64,000 nt of DNA, from positions 27,110 through 91,109 of IMG/VR virus record IMGVR_UViG_3300042275_000095. One strand, 5' to 3'. The stretch is from a virus. Its lineage: Duplodnaviria > Caudoviricetes. Shown here in pieces: positions 20,102-27,837 of this stretch. The translations under genes were made by a program, and so were the position numbers. The notes below the pieces were generated by a model. That model worked only from the letters and a program-made list of their open reading frames with translations. It was not told the origin of the DNA and did no database searches. Position 1 is the first letter of the stretch; the number at the start of each line of letters is the position of its first letter.

Positions 20102-20207
20102 GGAGTATTCTCACATGTGGAAAAGTTAACAAAACATAAAAGTTAAAACACTAACCAAAATGAGAGAAGACGGTGTTATATCAGGAAGGATATGTGAGAA
20201 TTACTCC
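20102..20207 (-). ncRNA. candidate small RNA unit 1 (closing stem plus large pyrimidine-rich loop)
   Basis: GGAGTA-TTCTCACAT / ATGTGAGAA-T-TACTCC inverted repeat. The loop shares motifs with unit 2. Confidence 0.45.
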
Positions 20208-20290
20208 AATAGTTTACAAGTTATTTAATATATTTAATAACTTCAATTTAATGAATAATTAAATACATTATATAATGTATAATAAATTTA

Positions 20291-20375
20291 AAATTAGTAT
20301 GACAATAAGCAGGTAGGATGTTGAAACTAAAATGACCAAAACCAAAGTGCTATCGGTAGGATATCATACTAATTT
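20291..20375 (-). ncRNA. candidate small RNA unit 2
   Basis: AAATTAGTATGA/TCATACTAATTT 12-bp stem. The loop shares AUAUCCUWCC..GAUA and UCAUUUURGUU with unit 1. Confidence 0.45.
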
Positions 20376-20389
20376 ATTAGCTGTAGTTG

Positions 20390-20827
20390 TTAGTTGTTAA
20401 ATGTTGAGTAAAACATTTTAGTTAAAAAGATTATCAAATCGTTACTTCTATTAGATAAATTGTATTTCATATGAAATGTAATTTCATTAGATTCGGTTAA
20501 TTCATCTAATTTATTTATAAAGTTTGATAATTCACTGTAGAGTTTAGTAATATCATTATATTCCTTAGTGTCTAATCTGTATTCGACAATGAAATTACCA
20601 TGATATACTACATCAGTAACTTTAGCTAATTCTTTGTATAGTTTCTTATTTTGATTAATAAGTTCTTTTTCATTAGCTAAAGTTATCTTATTCTCGTTGC
20701 CATGTAGAATGTTTAAACGAACTGTTAATACATCAGTATAATAAAATATTGAAATATCAACTTTTATAATATCATTCTTATTTGGCATATCATTGAATAG
20801 GTCTAAAGACCCTGAAGTGTTTGCCAT
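20390..20827 (-). CDS. hypothetical protein
   Basis: 145 aa. The start codon lies inside a copy of the dispersed motif. Confidence 0.7.
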   Translation of the reverse strand: MANTSGSLDLFNDMPNKNDIIKVDISIFYYTDVLTVRLNILHGNENKITLANEKELINQNKKLYKELAKVTDVVYHGNFIVEYRLDTKEYNDITKLYSELSNFINKLDELTESNEITFHMKYNLSNRSNDLIIFLTKMFYSTFNN

Positions 20828-20861
20828 CTTTCTTTCCTTTAGGGGATTTGTAATTAATTGA

Positions 20862-21305
20862 TTACTGATTATATAAATTTACTAGTTTTTCTAATCTAGC
20901 TACAAATAGCAATTTGTTAAAATTAGATGGATTATCTCGTTCCAATGTTATCATTGCAATACTTATTTCACGTATTGGTGAAAGTATAATTTTCATTATA
21001 TACGTTTCTGATAGGTCACGTTTCATACTAACTTTTAATACTTCACCATCTAAGACTTTAGTAATTTCAATACTATCATCTAATTTAGTAATATTATCTA
21101 TAATTACTTTTTCTTTTTCTTCACGAATTTCATCTTTTAATCCAAATAATAGAATAAAATCCACTAAACGATCTTTTGGTAATTCCACATCTTTTAAATA
21201 TGTATTTACTTTTTCTATCATTACCCCCATTTCAAGTGTTTCATTTACTTTAGTGTCGTCTCCTTCGTTATTAATAGTTGGGTTGTTTTTAGCTTCTTTT
21301 TCCAT
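20862..21305 (-). CDS. hypothetical protein
   Basis: 147-aa ORF. Confidence 0.7.
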   Translation of the reverse strand: MEKEAKNNPTINNEGDDTKVNETLEMGVMIEKVNTYLKDVELPKDRLVDFILLFGLKDEIREEKEKVIIDNITKLDDSIEITKVLDGEVLKVSMKRDLSETYIMKIILSPIREISIAMITLERDNPSNFNKLLFVARLEKLVNLYNQ

Positions 21306-21348
21306 GTTTTTAATTTTAAAATAATTTATAATTTAATTAATTAGTATA

Positions 21349-21846
21349 TTACCACCATTTAATTGCAGCTATGATTGATTCTTTTCCAATCAACTTTAAT
21401 GCTGTTTCAGCTAACTGTTCACTTTTAAATGCCACCTCTGTAGTTAAAAATGAAACATTTTGTGATACAATAACCACATCATCTAAAGCATTCAATGCAA
21501 ATACATAACACATTTTATCTACATCAGGTTCCCAATTACCATTTAGATATTTTGCTACATTACGTAGATGATTGATACATTTTAATGAGACAGCTTGTTT
21601 CATAGTAAAACAATTAGTCATATTTGTTATCTCTGACTTGGTATTTACACTATAAGGTAATATTTCACCATGTACATTAATACGATAAGGTGTATTAGCA
21701 CGAACTAATTTATTATACACGCTGTACGTATCTAATTTGATTTCTTTTTTGATTATATCTACATTAATGGTAGGATGATAATTAATTATCACCTTTACAT
21801 TAGTATGGTCGTCAGTTAAGTCTACATTATATGTTTTTGTTTTCAT
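21349..21846 (-). CDS. hypothetical protein, paralog of 14066-14581
   Basis: NVAKYLNGNWEPD ... VAFKSEQLAETALKLIG. Confidence 0.75.
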   Translation of the reverse strand: MKTKTYNVDLTDDHTNVKVIINYHPTINVDIIKKEIKLDTYSVYNKLVRANTPYRINVHGEILPYSVNTKSEITNMTNCFTMKQAVSLKCINHLRNVAKYLNGNWEPDVDKMCYVFALNALDDVVIVSQNVSFLTTEVAFKSEQLAETALKLIGKESIIAAIKWW

Positions 21847-21862
21847 ATTAATTTCTCCTATG

Positions 21863-22084
21863 TTAAACGGTTGTATAAAATGGTTGAATATTGTCTTTTA
21901 TATTGTTGAAGTCGTAAATGCGTTCAACATTTGTACTGTTAATCTTATTTACTTGTTCAAGGTTATCACTTATAACACCTACTCTAGCTTTTACAAAAGC
22001 GATTGTTGCTATTGATTTGTAAGGTGCATTGACCATATAATATGGTAATCCTTTGAGTTTGAATATTGGTGTAGTGGCTGGCAT
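21863..22084 (-). CDS. small hypothetical protein
   Basis: 73-aa ORF. Confidence 0.6.
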   Translation of the reverse strand: MPATTPIFKLKGLPYYMVNAPYKSIATIAFVKARVGVISDNLEQVNKINSTNVERIYDFNNIKDNIQPFYTTV

Positions 22085-22098
22085 ATTTCAAGTATTGG

Positions 22099-22368
22099 TT
22101 ATAAATCCTTTAACTCTTTTTCACGTTTATCAATCATTAATGTTATCCGTTCTAGCATTGCACGTTTAGCGACTCCGGCAATTTCACCTTCAAGGTTGTT
22201 ACTATTATGAATATAACGTAAATCCTTCATATAAGATATAGGAAGATTATTTATATTACCTATTCCTATACAAGTGTGACTGTCATCTTCTAATATACTT
22301 CGTAATTTAGTTAGATGTTTTAACTCTTCATTGAGTTTTATTATTTTGTTAATCTTCTCTATTTCCAT
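22099..22368 (-). CDS. small helical hypothetical protein
   Basis: 89-aa ORF. Confidence 0.7.
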   Translation of the reverse strand: MEIEKINKIIKLNEELKHLTKLRSILEDDSHTCIGIGNINNLPISYMKDLRYIHNSNNLEGEIAGVAKRAMLERITLMIDKREKELKDL

Positions 22369-22408
22369 ATGTTATTTATTAATCAAATATTAAGTGAATT
22401 AATTAAAC

Positions 22409-22498
22409 TGTGGCTAAAGTGTACCTAAGAGCTGAACCTACGGGTCTTTCAGGGTTACTCGTTTGCACACAGTACTGTTAACCCTTGTTCCTGCCACA
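22409..22498 (-). ncRNA. candidate pseudoknotted intergenic RNA
   Basis: P1 UGUGGC/GCCACA, P2 AGGGUUA/UAACCCU, P3 GACC-CGUA-GGUU. Loop GUGUGC can pair with 3' GUACAC. G-U pairs form only on the minus strand. Confidence 0.5.
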
Positions 22499-22509
22499 TA
22501 TAATAACTA

Positions 22510-22695
22510 TCATTCTGCTATCCATCTACCATCATAGTAGTATTTAACACTTCTACCAGCAGGATGAAAGTTTAAGGTTACAATGTTGTTTTTGAAATCA
22601 CGATGTACTCTACAGTACTGTGCACCAGTGAATGCAATGTGATTTAATACTTTAGCTTTGAGCCAATATTTGGGTAATGGGTATTTATATTTCAT
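22510..22695 (-). CDS. small hypothetical protein
   Basis: 61-aa ORF. Confidence 0.6.
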   Translation of the reverse strand: MKYKYPLPKYWLKAKVLNHIAFTGAQYCRVHRDFKNNIVTLNFHPAGRSVKYYYDGRWIAE

Positions 22696-22713
22696 ATTGA
22701 TTGGTTTTGGTAA

Positions 22714-22911
22714 TTATTGAATTATTGCTTTGAATGACACTGGTTTAATTACATGTGTTAATGTTGAACAATCATCAACCATTTCATAGATATAGATGAA
22801 TTTATCATCAAACATTAAACTAGCATGATTTTCTATATCAAGTGTAGTTTGCTGTTCACGACTATCTGTAGTCATTCTATATGTTATTCTACTTGCTACT
22901 AGTTGTTCCAT
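22714..22911 (-). CDS. small hypothetical protein, paralog of 23554-23754
   Basis: IYIYE......L...IKPVSFK vs IYCYE......L...IKPLSYK. Confidence 0.65.
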   Translation of the reverse strand: MEQLVASRITYRMTTDSREQQTTLDIENHASLMFDDKFIYIYEMVDDCSTLTHVIKPVSFKAIIQ

Positions 22912-22946
22912 GTTGTAATCTCCTCTATTTGTGTATTATTTAACAG

Positions 22947-23198
22947 TTAAGCTTTATGCCACATTACAATTAATCCTTTTCTTATCAACCTACTTTCAAC
23001 AATATTTTTCTCTTTAATATCATATGAATCAATAAACTTTTCTAAATCCTCCATTGATTTGAACTCATTATAATATAGATGAGTAGATTGTTCTGCGTAC
23101 TCTTTCATTGCAGGTAATATCACATTATCTACAAATGATTGGTTAATAATTGTATTTGGTTCTTCTTGTTCCCAGTACTTATATAATATCTTTTCCAT
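22947..23198 (-). CDS. small hypothetical protein
   Basis: 83 aa, AMKEYAEQ motif. Confidence 0.65.
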   Translation of the reverse strand: MEKILYKYWEQEEPNTIINQSFVDNVILPAMKEYAEQSTHLYYNEFKSMEDLEKFIDSYDIKEKNIVESRLIRKGLIVMWHKA

Positions 23199-23201
23199 AC
23201 T

Positions 23202-23447
23202 TTACAGATTAAATAACTTAGTTAGTTTAGACTTCAATTCATCATCTAAATACGTAATATAATTTTGTATATCATCATTTGCCTTTTGTGGGGCATCAGT
23301 TTTATTGATAAGTGTGTGTGATACTATATATTGAATATATTCATTTCTGAATTGTTTTGCATCTTTTACAGTACTAATTGTCTTTAATGCATGTAAAACA
23401 TCTGGCAATGTTATAAATGGTTTGTTGTTAGGATTTAATATACTCAT
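23202..23447 (-). CDS. small hypothetical protein
   Basis: 81-aa ORF. Confidence 0.65.
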   Translation of the reverse strand: MSILNPNNKPFITLPDVLHALKTISTVKDAKQFRNEYIQYIVSHTLINKTDAPQKANDDIQNYITYLDDELKSKLTKLFNL

Positions 23448-23553
23448 GATAGCTTATTTATAATGTTAGAATATTATATAACAATTGTACTACCTAATGT
23501 TACACACAATATTATTAATATCATAATTAATGGTAGTATTGTTAATTTGATAA

Positions 23554-23754
23554 TTATTTATAAACAATCTTATAAGATAACGGTTTAATTTCTTGTTTCA
23601 ATTTTAAGATTCCATTATGTCGTTCATAACAATATATTGTACCATTATTAATTGTGATTTTGGAATACTCAGCTGCTCTTACTAATTCAGCTTTAGTTGT
23701 TAAACTTACGTAATATCTTATAAATTTTATTTCAGGTTTTAATGGGCTTTCCAT
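23554..23754 (-). CDS. small hypothetical protein, paralog of 22714-22911
   Basis: 66-aa ORF. Confidence 0.65.
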   Translation of the reverse strand: MESPLKPEIKFIRYYVSLTTKAELVRAAEYSKITINNGTIYCYERHNGILKLKQEIKPLSYKIVYK

Positions 23755-23811
23755 AATTATTAGTTTTAATTGATAGTTAGAGTAATTTCTTTAGTGGTTA
23801 GGTTTGATAGC

Positions 23812-24057
23812 TTTAGATTAGAAAGTTGATAGGTGAGGTTGGAATTAATTTGAAAATATTTGATAATAGTTGTGAGGGTTGATAGATAGTAGTATGGTGG
23901 TGAATGTGTGAGATTAGTAGGAGCTGGGTGCTGCACCCTTCCAATACACACTCAATATATCTAATCTCATCTCTTAATATAGTAAAAAGCTACAAACAAC
24001 TACATCAAGATAACTATATCTTAAACACATTTCAATATAGTCATACCACATTCACCA
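23812..24057. other. non-coding G/C skew-switch region with central hairpin
   Basis: Plus strand is C-free over 23812-23923, then GGGTGC-T-GCACCC (23926-23938), then G-poor. Two inverted repeats (9 and 11 bp) span the centre. Confidence 0.7.
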
Positions 24058-24196
24058 TTTTACTGCTTAAACTAAATCATCACAAAAGACTAAAACAGTC
24101 CATACTACTAGAACATCTTATAAATCAGCTATTTGTTTATGCTGTATTCAATAAAAAAGGTAATATCATAGGCTATTTGTTGATGTGCAATTAATC

Positions 24197-24232
24197 AAAA
24201 GGGTGAGCGATGCTAGTTAACATCACTCACCT
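24197..24232 (-). terminator. intrinsic terminator
   Basis: GGTGAG.GATG/CATC.CTCACC stem (G-U on the minus strand) followed by TTTT. Confidence 0.75.
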
Positions 24233-24258
24233 AATAGCAATATGAATTAATTAATCAA

Positions 24259-25131
24259 TTAGTCTTCTATCTTGCTTTCTGCATCAGCAAGTTGAGACTT
24301 AAAGGTCTTTAGCTCTTCATTTAGAGTTCCAATCTTCTCTTCGGCAGTCTTAGCTTTAGCAGGTGTTAACTTACCGCTATCAAGTTGTGCCTGAGTACTA
24401 TCAATTAAAGCATTGTGTTCTGCTATTGCATTCTTGAGCTTGTTAATCTCAATACGTGCAGCCTTCTCTTCATCACTGGTACGAAGATCAGGTATAGCAG
24501 TACGTGCTTGCTGTTGCTTTAATTGCATAGCTTCAATCTTACGCATATTAGCTTCAGCTTTGGCTTTAGAGTCATCACTGAGCATGATACGTCTGACATA
24601 GTTAGGCAATGTGAATGGCATAAGAGGCGAAACCTCATAGCTCAATTTAACATCGCCAATGTCATAGCGTCCGTCCTCACTTGGAGAAATCACAAATGGA
24701 TCTCCGCCTTTACGCTGATAGGTATTACCTACAATGCGTTGTACTGCCAGAACTTTCAAGAATGCACAATCGTATGAACCATCGTCTTTGATTTCAGCGG
24801 CAGTATACATAGGTATCATCTCCTCAGCTATTTGATAGTCTTGAGGAATACGAGCTATGTGAAAGTCATAAAGTGATAGTGAACCTATCTCTTTAAGTCT
24901 GTCAGGCATCAATGAATGGTCATGAAGCAATACAGCCGAGTGGGTAATATCAGCTTTACCATTTTTAGATGTCCGTATCTTAGTGTCATATTTATCACTA
25001 ATGATACGATCTAATTGAATACCTTCAATCGGCACCTTAATGGCAGTTATTGCTTCTGCATAAGGATACTCTTCGCCTGCTAATCTTTCCATCAGTTTAG
25101 TGTCCTGAATAGACATGTTTACGTTTGCCAT
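24259..25131 (-). CDS. hypothetical (probably early) protein with C-terminal coiled coil
   Basis: 290 aa, visibly more GC-rich than neighbours, terminators on both sides. Confidence 0.85.
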   Translation of the reverse strand: MANVNMSIQDTKLMERLAGEEYPYAEAITAIKVPIEGIQLDRIISDKYDTKIRTSKNGKADITHSAVLLHDHSLMPDRLKEIGSLSLYDFHIARIPQDYQIAEEMIPMYTAAEIKDDGSYDCAFLKVLAVQRIVGNTYQRKGGDPFVISPSEDGRYDIGDVKLSYEVSPLMPFTLPNYVRRIMLSDDSKAKAEANMRKIEAMQLKQQQARTAIPDLRTSDEEKAARIEINKLKNAIAEHNALIDSTQAQLDSGKLTPAKAKTAEEKIGTLNEELKTFKSQLADAESKIED

Positions 25132-25248
25132 AATTTTAATTATTTTAATTATTAAACTGTGTATTACTTCAAAGTTGTAAGCAATTTGACTAAGTGCGCT
25201 AACTGTCCACCAATTCAGCGCAGCTATTTGTATTTGTGTCGATGCTTT

Positions 25249-25276
25249 AAAAAAACTCCCTAACTTAATAGGGAGT
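25249..25276 (-). terminator. intrinsic terminator
   Basis: ACTCCCTA/TAGGGAGT stem followed by a T run on the minus strand. Confidence 0.85.
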
Positions 25277-25283
25277 CTTAATG

Positions 25284-25880
25284 TTAAAGTGACCTTAACT
25301 GTTTACCAGTTCTTTTGATTACAGTTTGCACACTTTCAGTACTACTCAATGTTCTAGCCAACATTGCCATATCAAAATCAATATTGAACGGTTGACCATA
25401 ATATACATTGTAACTTAATGTACCTTGTTTAGCAGTCCTCTTGTTTACCTTAGTAGCGTCTTGAATAGTGCTATACTTCTTACCTACAGTATATCTCTTA
25501 ATATAGATATTCATTAAGAGATCTGGACCAGATTGCAGACCTTTTCTCAATATTAAATCGAGAGTGTCTACATCATCACAGTAAGATAGCTTGGCAAACT
25601 TCTCCATTTCATCAATAGAGACTTTAACAGCTACTATACTATACTTACTACCATTGATATCACATGTTCCATTAATATCAGGATTCATAAAATTGATAAT
25701 GTAGCCGCTTCCATCACTCATTTTACTTATAATCTTTGCACCAGTATCAACTAATAAAACTGGGAAGATTTCAATTGAGTCCACAGCAGGCACTTCACGA
25801 TCATCAATGTAAAGTTTAGTAAGTTCTGCTTCTTTTGCTTTTAACATGTTTGATAACATGTTCATTTCTGAATCTTTCAT
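25284..25880 (-). CDS. hypothetical protein
   Basis: 198-aa ORF. Confidence 0.8.
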   Translation of the reverse strand: MKDSEMNMLSNMLKAKEAELTKLYIDDREVPAVDSIEIFPVLLVDTGAKIISKMSDGSGYIINFMNPDINGTCDINGSKYSIVAVKVSIDEMEKFAKLSYCDDVDTLDLILRKGLQSGPDLLMNIYIKRYTVGKKYSTIQDATKVNKRTAKQGTLSYNVYYGQPFNIDFDMAMLARTLSSTESVQTVIKRTGKQLRSL

Positions 25881-25926
25881 ATTGCTATTTATTTAAATGA
25901 TTAACTATCGTTCGTCGATAGTCTTT

Positions 25927-25971
25927 GCGGACAGAGAGGAATCGAACCTCTCTATACACCATGTGTCCTAC
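25927..25971 (-). ncRNA. anticodon-less tRNA-like element 1
   Basis: GU[A]GGACA-CAUGGUG-UAUA-GAGAGG-UUCGAUU-CCUCUC-UGUCC-GC. Confidence 0.7.
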
Positions 25972-26402
25972 TCAGTACGATGTAACACAGAACCTATACC
26001 TATCACAATAAACCCTATTGCTAATGATATAAATCCTTCTTTGAATGATTGCATTGGATTATCACCTCTAATAAACCACATTACTATCACTAGTTTTAAT
26101 AGTGACATCAGCGATATTGTACTTCCAGCTACTAATAATGAGACACTTATGATATCACGTCGTCGGGATTTAATGTATCTCGCATAATGATAATAAAATA
26201 ACTCATCTAGACTTTCACGCCTTTCATAATTAGCATTAGCTATCTCACATGCACCATCAAAACCCCAAGTCTCAACTTTTTCTTTAAGACTGATAGGTAA
26301 TGATTTATATGTATCAGGTGTGATAAATAAATCATCTAACATGTGAAATGTCTCAGCTGCGAGATACATTCTAAAGTTATAGGTCATCTTAAACTTAGGC
26401 AT
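25968..26402 (-). CDS. hypothetical membrane protein (2 C-terminal TM segments)
   Basis: IISVSLLVAGSTISLMSLLKLVIVMWFI and GFISLAIGFIVIGIGSVL. Confidence 0.75.
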   Translation of the reverse strand: MPKFKMTYNFRMYLAAETFHMLDDLFITPDTYKSLPISLKEKVETWGFDGACEIANANYERRESLDELFYYHYARYIKSRRRDIISVSLLVAGSTISLMSLLKLVIVMWFIRGDNPMQSFKEGFISLAIGFIVIGIGSVLHRTE

Positions 26403-26712
26403 TGCTACCTCCTTTCATAATAAATTTATGAATAGATGTAAACTCTACATTATTAAGGTCATTTAAGACCTTTGCAGAACCAGGTTGACCCATATCACAA
26501 ATTACAATGTCCAACACTGTAGGTCTACTAACCAATGTACATATGACTTCTGTTGGATTAAACCTTAATAAGGTCATGTATCCAATTTCACCAACATATG
26601 CACGGGCTGTCAATCTACCTTGTGCGTCCAATGCAATTAATTTGTGATACATCTTTCTTGAGATTGTTTCATTTTTGCGGATTAATAATCCTGCTTTTTC
26701 TAATTCTTTCAT
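26395..26712 (-). CDS. hypothetical protein
   Basis: 105-aa ORF. The GGAGG near its end serves the next gene. Confidence 0.7.
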   Translation of the reverse strand: MKELEKAGLLIRKNETISRKMYHKLIALDAQGRLTARAYVGEIGYMTLLRFNPTEVICTLVSRPTVLDIVICDMGQPGSAKVLNDLNNVEFTSIHKFIMKGGSNA

Positions 26713-26881
26713 AGCTTTTTGTTTTGTGTAACTGTTGCTATTAGTTACGATTATAGTTAGTTGTAATTACTACTCTGCAAATATTAGCCACATACAATAG
26801 GTTGTACATATTTACAGAGTTATTATCTCTAATCCTTATTATAATGGATGAGTTTATAGACTACTGAGATTACGCAGTCTT

Positions 26882-26932
26882 AGTGCCTAGTCGAGAATCG
26901 AACTCGAATATACTATCCATAGCTAGGCTACC
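26882..26932 (-). ncRNA. anticodon-less tRNA-like element 2
   Basis: GGU[A]GCCUAG-CUAUGGAUAG-UAUAU-UCGAG-UUCGAUU-CUCGA-CUAGGC-ACU. Confidence 0.7.
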
Positions 26933-27120
26933 TTTGTACCATTAACTACTATACCCTAATGGTTTGGGTAAGCACGGTTAATATAGACCACGTGCTATTC
27001 TATACTATCTTATGTGGTTGGGATAGTACCAATTACTACTATATTATCACCTGTAGTAGCTTCAGGGATACTGTTCTTTGTCTAACTTGGGGAACTAGCT
27101 AAGACCCAATCTCACAGCTA

Positions 27121-27369
27121 TTACAAATAGTACCATGTAGTACTATTGGCATCACACTGTAATGGTCTATTACCTTGTAACTCAAAGTCATCAGGTAATT
27201 CCAAACGTGTGTTCCAATATGTACCATCAGTAGCACCATCCATATAGCGTGTGTCTGTAGTATATCCTACATATGCATCCTCAGATACACTCTCAGGATC
27301 ATTAGGATAAAATGTACTACTACCATCACGCCATTCTGTGAGGTTACCGAATATATACATACGGTACAT
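27121..27369 (-). CDS. small acidic hypothetical protein (first gene of the leftward arm)
   Basis: 82-aa ORF. Confidence 0.6.
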   Translation of the reverse strand: MYRMYIFGNLTEWRDGSSTFYPNDPESVSEDAYVGYTTDTRYMDGATDGTYWNTRLELPDDFELQGNRPLQCDANSTTWYYL

Positions 27370-27553
27370 TTACTGTGCTATCAACTACTAGTCCTTGATA
27401 ACGTAGGACTGTGTCACTTGACACTTACCAATAAATAAATAAAATAATTATTCATTTATTGGTAATTAAATGTAAATGAAGGGCTACCCTTGGTAGGGGG
27501 TACTCCACTTACAACAATTTGTACCCGTCGCTGATATAGGTGGGTCACGCTAG

Positions 27554-27788
27554 AACACCCTCACTCTATTTTCACATCTTCCAAACTATCCTAAACTCTA
27601 ATATATTTTACTATCATCTCCTTCTAATCCAACTAACCAATATTATCTCTAATCTCTAATCTACTCCACTTAACAATTAATCAATCTCACCTTATCTCTA
27701 CCAAATTAAATACTCTACCTTTCTAACTATTAAATAACTAATCAACCCCCTACCCCCTACTACCCTACTTTAATATAATATATAATAA
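27554..27788. other. 235-nt G-free tract in the divergence region (candidate origin element)
   Basis: No G on the plus strand between G27553 and G27789. Includes CCCCCTACCCCCTACTACCC near its right end. Confidence 0.85.
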
Positions 27789-27837
27789 GTACCGGTCATT
27801 TAATATTGTAAATAACTAGCAAGCGTTAGCTAATAAA

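Noticed and set aside
23766-24194. ORF-track calls 23766-23951(-) and 23904-24194(+)
   Set aside because: Low-complexity products arising from the C-free and G-poor tracts, with non-ATG starts. The region is better explained as non-coding.
25927-26932. Canonical tRNA genes
   Set aside because: Only 11-15 nt lie between the acceptor 5' strand and the T-arm, with no anticodon arm. Reported as tRNA-like elements instead.
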